This document shows, piece after piece, positions 7,765-16,046 of a stretch of DNA of 64,000 nucleotides. Both the position numbers and the translations under genes were made by a program. Position 1 is the first letter of the stretch, and every line of letters begins with the position of its first letter. Origin of the DNA: a virus. The notes beneath the pieces were generated by a model. That model made no database searches, was not told where the DNA came from, and saw only the letters and a list, made by a program, of their open reading frames with translations. Location of the stretch: positions 64,001 through 128,000 of the IMG/VR virus record IMGVR_UViG_3300045988_139474. One strand, 5' to 3'.

Positions 7765-8118
7765 TTACTTCTTCTGCTCTTGCTTGTTAGCTTCAACGGC
7801 CTTTGTAAGCTCAGTTGTGATGTATTCGCGGATAGCTTTCACCTCAGGAGTGTCCTTGACTTCCTGAACCAGCTCATTCGCAGCCAGAGTGTATAAGGTG
7901 ATACGGCTCGGCAAGACAACGGAAAGCGCAATCAGGACAGCAAGGGTAACAGAGGCCGTCTTAAACAGGAAGCTCTTGATTATGTCTGAGGCTTCCATAT
8001 CTACAAGGTCAGCCCACATAGGTAAGAAAATCAAGAATACCGCAAACAGGATACCGAATGCGATTGTGACAGTGATGATACCTTGAAAGATATCATTTAA
8101 ATACAGATACAGCAACAT
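7765..8118 (-). CDS. small membrane protein (2-3 predicted TM helices)
   Basis: The ATG at 8118 follows AAGGAGG and avoids overlap with nrdB. Hydrophobic stretches: IITVTIAFGILFAVFLIFLPMW and TLAVLIALSVVLP. Confidence 0.6.
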   Translation of the reverse strand: MLLYLYLNDIFQGIITVTIAFGILFAVFLIFLPMWADLVDMEASDIIKSFLFKTASVTLAVLIALSVVLPSRITLYTLAANELVQEVKDTPEVKAIREYITTELTKAVEANKQEQKK

Positions 8119-8129
8119 CTTCGGCCTCC

Positions 8130-9176
8130 TTATTTCTTCCAAGCATTAGCAAATTTGTCTTTGCTCCACTTCACGTGATACTCTGAACCGCCACCACTGA
8201 AGAAGTCATGGAAGTTGATTGAGTTGATATCACGGTAGAACCAATTTTCAATCGTCTTGTCTGACTCTTCCTCATCAAAGTAAGGATTCAGACCTATCAA
8301 GCCTCGACAGAAATTGATGCGGTGTTTGATAAAGTCTTTCATCTGGCCTGCGCTGATACCGTGAATCTCGCCATTGCTAAACAGCTTATCAATGATTTGG
8401 GACTCATGCTCAAACACTTTCAGGCTCAAGTCATCGATGATTTGCATCAGTACAGATTTCTGAGTATCAGTCAATTGACGCTCAGACAACAAGTGACGGA
8501 AAGTCGCTGCACCGCACATAGCATGCAGGTTTTCATCGGTAACTGATTGATTGATGCCTCGATTCAGGGTAGTCATGAGATTCTTCGCGCCTGCTTCCTG
8601 TGCTTGGAAGTGTTTCAGGAAAGCAAAGGAGGAATACAGAACAACACCCTCAATAAATACGAAGCCTGCGATTGAGACCAAGTCATCTTTAGCTGATGCT
8701 ACTTGACCGATGAAGTCCATGCGCTCAACCAATACAGGGTCTTGCTTCCATTCAGCATAGAACTCAGGCGTGTCGATATACAGCACCTTGTTAGCTTCGT
8801 TGTAGAAAGGCGCATGGCTATTCAATTCCACAGCGAAGAACATTGAGGCTGCACGCTGGAATTCAGGCCGTGGGAATATGCGGCTGTAACGCCTTGCCCA
8901 ATAGTCCTCACCGACAGCCAGCTCATAATGAGTAAACAGTCGGAGGATTTCGATGATTGCAAGTCGTTCAGCCTCCGTGCAATTCTGACGCAGGTCAGGA
9001 ACGTCATTCTGCATATCATATTCTGTAAACGGCCAGAATGTATGCATCTGCTGGTCGGCAAAGGCCTCAATGTCTTTGTATTCCAGCACCCAGCCGTCAA
9101 CAGGCTGGTAGATTTTCTGGGAGCGGTCTTGAGATTCCGCTAACAAAGCAATCTTTTCTGCTAATTTTGTATCCAT
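8130..9176 (-). CDS. nrdB: class I ribonucleotide reductase beta subunit (R2)
   Basis: 348 aa. Ferritin-like di-iron layout: EAERLAIIEILRLFTHYELAV, FAVELNSHAPFY, FVFIEGVVLYSSFAFLKHF, SVTDENLHAMCG. Confidence 0.85.
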   Translation of the reverse strand: MDTKLAEKIALLAESQDRSQKIYQPVDGWVLEYKDIEAFADQQMHTFWPFTEYDMQNDVPDLRQNCTEAERLAIIEILRLFTHYELAVGEDYWARRYSRIFPRPEFQRAASMFFAVELNSHAPFYNEANKVLYIDTPEFYAEWKQDPVLVERMDFIGQVASAKDDLVSIAGFVFIEGVVLYSSFAFLKHFQAQEAGAKNLMTTLNRGINQSVTDENLHAMCGAATFRHLLSERQLTDTQKSVLMQIIDDLSLKVFEHESQIIDKLFSNGEIHGISAGQMKDFIKHRINFCRGLIGLNPYFDEEESDKTIENWFYRDINSINFHDFFSGGGSEYHVKWSKDKFANAWKK

Positions 9177-9210
9177 ATAATATCCTAGTGTAACAAGGCA
9201 ATCGCCTTTC

Positions 9211-9248
9211 GTATATTACAAAGCACCGTGAGATGAAAAAGCGCATTT
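9211..9248 (-). promoter_or_regulatory. class-2 promoter-like motif (AAATGCGCTTTT box plus -10-like box)
   Basis: Minus-strand reading is AAATGCGCTTTTTCATCTCACGGTGCTTTGTAATATAC, upstream of nrdB. Related to the copies at 14711, 23783 and 30253. Confidence 0.4.
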
Positions 9249-9273
9249 AACGCTAAAAATTTTTAAGCTTGGG

Positions 9274-9621
9274 CTACTGGAAGTTTTCGGCTATTTCAGC
9301 GATAATCTCGTCAAGAAGCCGTTTGCGCTCTTCTAGCATGTAGTGAACAACCAAAAACTCAAAGCTCGTTAAGGATTGAATGTGAGGATTTTGAGCTTGT
9401 GTGTAGTTATCGGCTGCGGCTTCTGTCAGCCACTTCAAATGACCTACCAAATTGCCCTCTCTTAGCAACCGCGCTTTTTCTTCAGCTTCTGACTTGAAGC
9501 CGTCAAGTTCAGCCTTGAGTTTCAATCGGGCTTTAGCTTCGTGCATGGCTGCTTCTTCAAAAGCTTCACGTGCCTCAGGATTTTTACAGGCTTCGTGATA
9601 TGTCTTCAAGATTTTACACAT
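9274..9621 (-). CDS. hypothetical acidic protein, tandem paralog array member 5 (most diverged)
   Basis: The ATG at 9621 (MCKILKTYHEACKNPEAREAFEEAA...) follows AAGGAGA. Shares the PEAREAFEEAA...EA motif with its neighbours. Confidence 0.6.
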   Translation of the reverse strand: MCKILKTYHEACKNPEAREAFEEAAMHEAKARLKLKAELDGFKSEAEEKARLLREGNLVGHLKWLTEAAADNYTQAQNPHIQSLTSFEFLVVHYMLEERKRLLDEIIAEIAENFQ

Positions 9622-9631
9622 TTGATTCTCC

Positions 9632-9985
9632 TTAACAAGCCAATGCAAGATGCTCAGATGTCGCGCCTACAACATCATGAATGATATCAGCCATCTGTTG
9701 ACAGAGGTAGCAATCAGCCAAGCACTTAAAGCTCTTGTCTGGCTCAATATTAGGGTCGATAGCTCGGTCATACTCTTCTGACGCATCAAATGCGTCCTCA
9801 TACAATTCTGCGACATCCAAACATTGTCGCAGCCACTCTTTCATATGTTCTTTTGAGCCAAAGCCGTTATCAACCAGATAGTCATTGAACTCTTCTTGAG
9901 CTTGCAATTTAGCAGCCTGTCTAAAGGCTTCACGCTCCTCAGGATTGAGACTTGCTTGACAATAGTTTTGCGTTGGTCGGTACAT
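9632..9985 (-). CDS. hypothetical acidic protein, tandem paralog array member 4
   Basis: MYRPTQNYCQASLNPEEREAFRQAAKLQAQEEFNDYLVDNGFGSKEHM... Confidence 0.7.
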   Translation of the reverse strand: MYRPTQNYCQASLNPEEREAFRQAAKLQAQEEFNDYLVDNGFGSKEHMKEWLRQCLDVAELYEDAFDASEEYDRAIDPNIEPDKSFKCLADCYLCQQMADIIHDVVGATSEHLALAC

Positions 9986-10368
9986 CAGATTTCCTTTCCC
10001 TTGTTAATCTCTAAGCCTGCGGCCAATCGTTTCTCTTCAAGCACACTTTCAATCATGTACATATACGTCTCAAGAAGCAAGGCTTCAACCAAAGCTTCAA
10101 AACTGTCTTCAGGGCTGATATCAGGTTGTACGGCTCGTTGTCGATAGTCGTTAGCTTCTTCCTCAGCATAGTACAGACGTGTACGCAATTCACCTTCTGT
10201 CTCTTGACTTAAGGTATGGCGCATATGCTCTACTGATGAAAAGCCTTCACCGACCAAGCCGTCTTTGAAGCGCGTGTTAGCCTCAATTTCAGCTCGGTAC
10301 TCAAAGTCCAAGTAAGTCGCAAAGTCGCTATCTAAGTTGTGAAGATTTGCTTTAGGTCGATACATCAC
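9985..10368 (-). CDS. hypothetical acidic protein, tandem paralog array member 3
   Basis: MMYRPKANLHNLDSDF...FKDGLVGEGFSSVEHM...SPEDSFEALV. Confidence 0.7.
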   Translation of the reverse strand: MMYRPKANLHNLDSDFATYLDFEYRAEIEANTRFKDGLVGEGFSSVEHMRHTLSQETEGELRTRLYYAEEEANDYRQRAVQPDISPEDSFEALVEALLLETYMYMIESVLEEKRLAAGLEINKGKEI

Positions 10369-10739
10369 ATCTTCTCCTTGCTAAGCATTCGGATTGGCTT
10401 GCCACCAAGAATCTTATTGACGGCTGTAAGGGCTGTAATAGTGAAGTATGAGTGGACTGTTTCCTCAAAGCTTTCCTCTGGACTAGCATTCGGGTCGTAA
10501 GATTTGGTGCTTGATTCTTCAAGGTCGTCTTGAAGACTCAAGGAGTAAAAGGTCAAGTCTAACGCAGGCTCAGCACGCAGGCAACTTTCCCAGTCCTCTT
10601 CTGAGGCAAATCCGCGTTCTTTCAAGTCAGCATTGAAGCGTTCTTTAGCCTCTTTATGTGCTGCGTCTGTAAAAGCTTTGAAGTCAACATCATCGCCTTT
10701 GACGGCTTGATTAAGGTTCATTGTCGGTTGAAACATCAT
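10365..10739 (-). CDS. hypothetical acidic protein, tandem paralog array member 2
   Basis: The ATG at 10739 follows GAGAGGA (MMFQPTMNLNQ...). Contains FNADLKERGFASEEDW...SPEESFEETV. Confidence 0.65.
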   Translation of the reverse strand: MMFQPTMNLNQAVKGDDVDFKAFTDAAHKEAKERFNADLKERGFASEEDWESCLRAEPALDLTFYSLSLQDDLEESSTKSYDPNASPEESFEETVHSYFTITALTAVNKILGGKPIRMLSKEKM

Positions 10740-10747
10740 TTGTCCTC

Positions 10748-11119
10748 TCAATCGCCGTATTGATTACGTTCACGGATAGCGTACAACTCAGCTAACACGA
10801 TATTGAAGACATTGATTGTCTCTTCAACTTCGATTGCCTGCACCAATAATTCAAAGCTCTTCTCAGGGCTAATAGTCGGATTAGTTGCTTGAAAGCGCAA
10901 TTCCTCAGCTTCCAATTCCATGTCTGCTGATTGGCTCTCTAAATCGGTCTCAGCCTCACCGCGCAAGGCATCCATCATAGCCTCGACTGAATTGTACCCT
11001 TCCTTTTTCAATCCTGCTTTGAACCGTGCTTGAGCTTCATGAGTAGTTGCTGTTTCAAACACTTCACGTTCAAGGTAGTCATCTTGAATCTGGCTGAGGT
11101 TTTTAGTCGGTCGGTACAT
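10748..11119 (-). CDS. hypothetical acidic protein, tandem paralog array member 1
   Basis: MYRPTKNLSQIQDDYLEREVFETATTHEAQARFKAGLKKEGYNSVEAM...SPEKSFELLV. Confidence 0.7.
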   Translation of the reverse strand: MYRPTKNLSQIQDDYLEREVFETATTHEAQARFKAGLKKEGYNSVEAMMDALRGEAETDLESQSADMELEAEELRFQATNPTISPEKSFELLVQAIEVEETINVFNIVLAELYAIRERNQYGD

Positions 11120-11145
11120 GTGGTCTCCTTTTGCGGTTTTGGTTG

Positions 11146-11184
11146 AGATAATTCAATATTTCATGAACTAATACTAATTTTTAG
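11146..11184 (-). promoter_or_regulatory. class-1 early promoter-like motif
   Basis: Minus-strand reading is CTAAAAATTAGTATTAGTTCATGAAATATTGAATTATCTC, upstream of the paralog array. Confidence 0.4.
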
Positions 11185-11495
11185 CTATCGGACACGACAA
11201 ACTGCGCCTTAGCTTCCTCAAGAAACTTGGCGTACAAGTATTCCATTGTCTCAATCAAGTTTTGCTTGAAGTTAAACAGCTTGAGTCGGTTATCAGAGGC
11301 TACACTCACGCAAGTCTGGTTCATGGTGTAATATAGGCCTGAAGTGTCGTTTTCAAGACGGAAGGCTGCACCCTTCAGCGCAGCCTTTTCTAAGCCTAAC
11401 AACCAACCAGAGATAGTCACTTGAGTCAGCTCATCAGTTACCCGACAAACTGAGAAAGCCTCAAACAACTCTGTACGGTCAATTTGGGCTTGCAT
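11181..11495 (-). CDS. hypothetical protein
   Basis: The ORF is open to 11534, but the ATG at 11495 (MQAQIDRTELFEAF...) avoids a 35-nt overlap. Confidence 0.5.
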   Translation of the reverse strand: MQAQIDRTELFEAFSVCRVTDELTQVTISGWLLGLEKAALKGAAFRLENDTSGLYYTMNQTCVSVASDNRLKLFNFKQNLIETMEYLYAKFLEEAKAQFVVSDS

Positions 11496-11499
11496 AGCT

Positions 11500-12501
11500 T
11501 CAGCCCTCGTATTTCCGAATGCGCATAGCAACACCGTTCATCAGCTTATTAAGCTTGTTGAACTCGCAGAAGCTGTTTTGACAAGTGCCTAACGACCAGA
11601 TACGGTCATGAGGCTCTTTCATGTAGTCCAAGATTTCTTCAGGCTTGAACTCAAGGCCGTTATCAGACATGATTGACTGAATATTGGTCGTGAAATTACG
11701 AATCCAGTCATTGTAATCTTGCTGAGACCAGCGATTGAGGTTGTATTTGACTCTCTTCTTACCAATCTCATCAACAAAGATTTCGCAGTTGCCGATGAGC
11801 CAGTCAATCCCTTGAATAGCACCTGGGCCACAGTTGACGTAGTCATTGTCTGTAAATTGGTACTCAGGGCAATACGTCCAATCCTCCCAGATTTGGTAAG
11901 CAATGAACTCACCAAAGCCTTTGATTGTCTTCAGGGTCTCAACGGCTTCTTCGGCGGATTCTGCTTTCAGGGCAGCCAAGATTTTATCCTTGTTGTCCAT
12001 GATAAGCTTGAAGCGCGCCAGCGTGTAACCTCGAAGCTCAGGAGCGTTCTTGTAAGCCTCAAGTACGACCATACTCAAGAAGTAGGCGTTTGACTGACGG
12101 GTTTCACCCTTGCCTTCGCCTTTCAAGCCAGCCTCAACCTTTTTGAAGAACTCCCAGTCAATATCGGCTGAAGTAGCATGAGCCATTCGGATAGGCCATT
12201 CAGGCAACCAACTACAGCCTGCCTCGTTATTGATACAGCGGAACAAGGCGCAGTTCATTGCTTTATCCTCAAGGCTCAAGTCTGGATTCTCGCAGACGGT
12301 CTCTAGGAGGAACTGGGACTCACGGTCATTCTTGCGATGGACGTTAGTGAACTTGTAGTGCTTCAAGTAGTAGTCGTCAGTCCAGGGCTTTGGCTGGCCT
12401 AACACGTTCTTGCGACGGTAAACATCTGAACGTCCGTATTGATAATCACGATACAACTTGAGTTTATCGGCCTGAATCGGCAAATTGAGATTTTTAGCCA
12501 T
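11500..12501 (-). CDS. aGPT-Pplase-like protein (alpha-glutamyl/putrescinyl thymine pyrophosphorylase family candidate)
   Basis: 333 aa. YKFTNVHRKNDRESQFLL and IKGFGEFIAYQIWEDWTY resemble family motifs as I remember them (N..R..DR near the N-terminus, GFG.F.AY later). Overlaps the adjacent P-loop gene. Confidence 0.5.
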   Translation of the reverse strand: MAKNLNLPIQADKLKLYRDYQYGRSDVYRRKNVLGQPKPWTDDYYLKHYKFTNVHRKNDRESQFLLETVCENPDLSLEDKAMNCALFRCINNEAGCSWLPEWPIRMAHATSADIDWEFFKKVEAGLKGEGKGETRQSNAYFLSMVVLEAYKNAPELRGYTLARFKLIMDNKDKILAALKAESAEEAVETLKTIKGFGEFIAYQIWEDWTYCPEYQFTDNDYVNCGPGAIQGIDWLIGNCEIFVDEIGKKRVKYNLNRWSQQDYNDWIRNFTTNIQSIMSDNGLEFKPEEILDYMKEPHDRIWSLGTCQNSFCEFNKLNKLMNGVAMRIRKYEG

Positions 12502-13552
12502 TTTTCAATCCTGCTTGAATTTCTTGCTCTAAGAATTTGAACAGCAACCAATAATCTTGATAATTCTTGGCTGGGTCAGTGTAGCTGCGTTTAGCTTGGA
12601 AGCTTGAACGCTTTGTATGCTCAACAAAATCAGTCGGGTCAACGCCGATGGCCTTGAGATAGCGGATGACCGCAAAAATCGGCTCTTCAGTCGAATCAGC
12701 CATATTCAGATGAACAAATTTCATCTGGTCTTTGAGCTTCTCAGCCTGCTGACTGATACGCTTGAACGGAATAGTTGAATGGCGCTCGTTGTTGTTAAAG
12801 GCAGAATCGCCCTTAGCAACTTGGTAGCTTCTGTCCTTGAATCGCTCCAGCATTACGTCTTTGCTAGCGTGGCGGAAAGCTTCCAAGATATATCGGTCTT
12901 GGCCGTTGTCTTTCAGCTGATTCTCCAAGTCAAAGGTCGCAACCTCAAGGCCTGCATAGCCCTCAAACAACACGTTGTACTTCTTAGCATAACGATGTAG
13001 CATTTCAAACAAGGTACAGTGAGACAGGCCTGAGGTGATAGAATCCGCTCCAGTCAAGCTCAACAGACGTGATTTGTTTGACTTGACGATTTTCGCACCC
13101 AAAATCAGGAGATTCAAGGCAGGAATCAGGATACCAACATATTGGCGTGAGCGTGGGACATTCTGATTACCGACAAATTTGTCCTCAGGCTTTTCGGCCT
13201 TATGAAAATTGGGGATGTCGTCCTCAAACAACAGCTTCCATTGGTAGTTAGCAATCAAGTAGTCCAGCAGCATAGCCACTCGTGTACCCTTACCAGTCGC
13301 TGAGATACCCTTGAACTGGGCAAAGGAATAGGGACTGGCTGCGATTACAGTGTCTGTCGGCTCTTGGTCGGGCTTCAAGTAATTCGCAGGCGCAGGGATT
13401 TCGCCTTTCAATTTGACCTGATATTCCTCAGGGACTTTCACGGCGTGATCAGTCCATGGCTCATAAATCACTTCGCCAGCATAGCCAATACGGCGTAAGC
13501 TTTCTGGCCAATCCTCAGGATTGACCTTTTGGCCTTTCTTGTAATTCATCAT
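12494..13552 (-). CDS. P-loop NTPase/kinase (candidate 5-hmdU DNA kinase)
   Basis: 352 aa. Walker-A-like GISATGKGT and Walker-B-like LLFEDD. Sandwiched with 4-8 nt overlaps between two Pplase-like genes. Confidence 0.4.
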   Translation of the reverse strand: MMNYKKGQKVNPEDWPESLRRIGYAGEVIYEPWTDHAVKVPEEYQVKLKGEIPAPANYLKPDQEPTDTVIAASPYSFAQFKGISATGKGTRVAMLLDYLIANYQWKLLFEDDIPNFHKAEKPEDKFVGNQNVPRSRQYVGILIPALNLLILGAKIVKSNKSRLLSLTGADSITSGLSHCTLFEMLHRYAKKYNVLFEGYAGLEVATFDLENQLKDNGQDRYILEAFRHASKDVMLERFKDRSYQVAKGDSAFNNNERHSTIPFKRISQQAEKLKDQMKFVHLNMADSTEEPIFAVIRYLKAIGVDPTDFVEHTKRSSFQAKRSYTDPAKNYQDYWLLFKFLEQEIQAGLKNG

Positions 13553-14691
13553 TTTGATTCCTCTTCAACATAAAAATCGAATACTGGTTGAATAGCTTTG
13601 CGTTGTTCCTTATCAGACAATCGCATGAAGTCGGTCGGTAGGTTGAACTCTTGGTACAGGTTACCAAATTCTGGATAATCGTCTTCAAGGTTCAAGACAC
13701 GGCCTGTCTTAACTCCCAATTTCTGCAGGATATGTGAAGACTTACACAGCCGAACTTTCGGGTGTTGATCAGTCTCCATGAATTCCAACGCAGCACTGTA
13801 GTCAACATCGGGGAACAACTCTTGCATCTTACACAACCACTCATAACAGTAAGTCGTATTATAGCCCATATATTCACCTCCTGAATAGCACAGGCGTTTA
13901 AACTCACACAACCAAGTTTCAAGGGTGTACTTGTTGTATTGCGGGTGAAAATCCGCTCCGAAAGCTTCCTCAATACGCTGGACTAATTCCTCTTCCAACG
14001 CCAAGACTTCCTCAGGGTCGTAGCTGCTGCGCTTCTGGCTTTCTTTGCCGCCGCCAGCAATTGGACGGTTGAATAAGAACAGTAAGCCATTACGCACTGA
14101 CCAGTTTTCAGGGCGGTCGGCCAATACGTTAGGAGGCATCATCTTGTACGGTGTCAAAGTATGGAGGGCTTGTTGGGTCACCCAGTTAGCCATACGGCCG
14201 AACTCAAGGAACTTGCTCAACTCGGCATAAGTGCGATGGTAGTTATCCTCAAGGCTGGCGTTGAAGTCGTAGAAACTGTTAATCCAGTCAGTCAAGGTTT
14301 CAAACGGCGCAATCGTCTCTTTGATTGAAGCAGCCATCAGGTGGGCTTTACCACGTTTCCACTTCATGTCTGAAGCCCAAGCCAGCTTGTACTTGTAAGC
14401 TGTCTGGAACTCTTCCAATTCTTTCAGGTCAATATCCTTGAAATTAGGGAATCGCCAATAGATAGCCCAAGCACCGATTTCTTCGTGGCAAAAGCCTTGC
14501 AATAGGCTGAACCATAGGGCTTGCTCAACCGTCATAGGCTCGCCAGTCGGCGATTTATCCGTGTCGCGGAAAGCTAGTGCAGTGCCTGGTTCATCAATAT
14601 CATTGTTATCAAGCTTCCATTTGTAAAGCTTGAGAAAGACATCCATCCGATTCTCAGGCTTGCGAATGTCTGTTATCAAAATTGTCGTCAT
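13549..14691 (-). CDS. hypothetical protein, possibly a second distant aGPT-Pplase-like paralog
   Basis: The track start is TTG 14697; the ATG at 14691 follows GAGGA. FRDTDKSPTG...ALWFSLLQGF...FGRMANWVTQQ loosely parallels the 333-aa protein. Confidence 0.3.
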   Translation of the reverse strand: MTTILITDIRKPENRMDVFLKLYKWKLDNNDIDEPGTALAFRDTDKSPTGEPMTVEQALWFSLLQGFCHEEIGAWAIYWRFPNFKDIDLKELEEFQTAYKYKLAWASDMKWKRGKAHLMAASIKETIAPFETLTDWINSFYDFNASLEDNYHRTYAELSKFLEFGRMANWVTQQALHTLTPYKMMPPNVLADRPENWSVRNGLLFLFNRPIAGGGKESQKRSSYDPEEVLALEEELVQRIEEAFGADFHPQYNKYTLETWLCEFKRLCYSGGEYMGYNTTYCYEWLCKMQELFPDVDYSAALEFMETDQHPKVRLCKSSHILQKLGVKTGRVLNLEDDYPEFGNLYQEFNLPTDFMRLSDKEQRKAIQPVFDFYVEEESK

Positions 14692-14710
14692 ATACAATCC
14701 TCAGGTGTTA

Positions 14711-14750
14711 TATGGAATACAAAGAACGAAGAGGCCGAAAAGCGCATTTC
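14711..14750 (-). promoter_or_regulatory. class-2 promoter-like motif
   Basis: Minus-strand reading is GAAATGCGCTTTTCGGCCTCTTCGTTCTTTGTATTCCATA, immediately upstream of the three-gene cluster. Confidence 0.45.
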
Positions 14751-14798
14751 AGACGAAAGAAATGCGGAGCGCAATATCAACTACACTCCGCACGGCCT

Positions 14799-16046
14799 TT
14801 ACATTGGCTTCATCATTTCTGCTCTAGGGTCTTCAGCTTGTATCTCTTGAATCCGCTTCTCAATAGCTGCAATTTCCGCACTTGAATCCTTACGACGCAA
14901 AGATGAAATGCTCTTGCGCTTGATAGCCTCAAGAATTTCAACGCTCAGGCCTTCGACAGACGCCAAGATGTCTTCGTCAGATTTGTCTTCCAACAACAGC
15001 TGACCGACTTGCGGGAGCAGCTTCAAGACTTCGATGTCCTTGTTGAGCTTCGTTACACGGTTGCCTTTGTCGTGGTCGAAAGTCTCAATGAAACGGTTGA
15101 TAGTGATGTCTAACCATTCCTTGATACCGATATTGCGAACAACATCATTCTCAACCACAATAATATTGTATCGGCGGTTGAATGTTCCTACTCGCTTACA
15201 GATGTCCAGAATCTCGTTGATATCAACTCTAGCTCTCGGCAACTTGCGGATACGCAATGCTACTTCGTCACCAGACACGTCCAGAATCTCAATCTTGCCC
15301 TCTTCTAACAGCTTATTGAAAGCTCGCAGATTCGGCGCAAAGGTTTCGCCTGAACCGTGTAACAGAATCTCATTATCATTGAGCTTCTCAACATTGTAAC
15401 GGACTTGAACACGGCCTGTACCCTTGTCCCAAAGCTCTTGCAGGTCAGATTTATCGCGGTCGAACTTGTAACCAAACTGCGGTACAAGCAACTGCGGGTC
15501 ATCTTTCAACCAAGCCTCAAGCAAGGATTCATAGGTGAAAGCAGGCGTGCGACCAGCTGCACCAAAACCTAGATTCTGCGCTCCGTAAACCAAGCAATAT
15601 GGTACAGGCGTGATTAGGTATTCTGGCTCTAAGCCGACATCTGACTCAATCAATGGCGAGTAGTCCAGCAGTCTGAACCAGAATTTGGATTGAGCCTTAG
15701 TCAAGCCCACTTTCCAGTAACGTGCAGCAGCTGCAGGGACTGGAGTCATGAGCTTGATACCCACGCTACCGTATGAGTCAATAGCCTTGAGGCGCGCCAT
15801 ATCAGACATAGCACCAAAGATACCGCCGTCACCGAATGGGTGTAAGACTTGAATAGCACCAATGCCATTGTTAGCAGCCGTCAGTTTACCGTTTGCTACC
15901 TCTTTCAAGCCCAACAGGATACGGCGGTGGACAGGTTTTAGGCCGTCTAAGCTCGGAACAGCCCTGTCTCGGTTCACGGTCTTGCCGTAACTGATATAGT
16001 TACCAGTCACAAACTCAGCAAAATCATATGTTTCTTGCTTGCTCAT
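14799..16046 (-). CDS. type II topoisomerase, GyrA/ParC-like breakage-reunion subunit (T4 gp52-like)
   Basis: 415 aa. DRAVPSLDGLKPVHRRILLGL matches the GyrA N-terminal motif. Confidence 0.85.
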   Translation of the reverse strand: MSKQETYDFAEFVTGNYISYGKTVNRDRAVPSLDGLKPVHRRILLGLKEVANGKLTAANNGIGAIQVLHPFGDGGIFGAMSDMARLKAIDSYGSVGIKLMTPVPAAAARYWKVGLTKAQSKFWFRLLDYSPLIESDVGLEPEYLITPVPYCLVYGAQNLGFGAAGRTPAFTYESLLEAWLKDDPQLLVPQFGYKFDRDKSDLQELWDKGTGRVQVRYNVEKLNDNEILLHGSGETFAPNLRAFNKLLEEGKIEILDVSGDEVALRIRKLPRARVDINEILDICKRVGTFNRRYNIIVVENDVVRNIGIKEWLDITINRFIETFDHDKGNRVTKLNKDIEVLKLLPQVGQLLLEDKSDEDILASVEGLSVEILEAIKRKSISSLRRKDSSAEIAAIEKRIQEIQAEDPRAEMMKPM

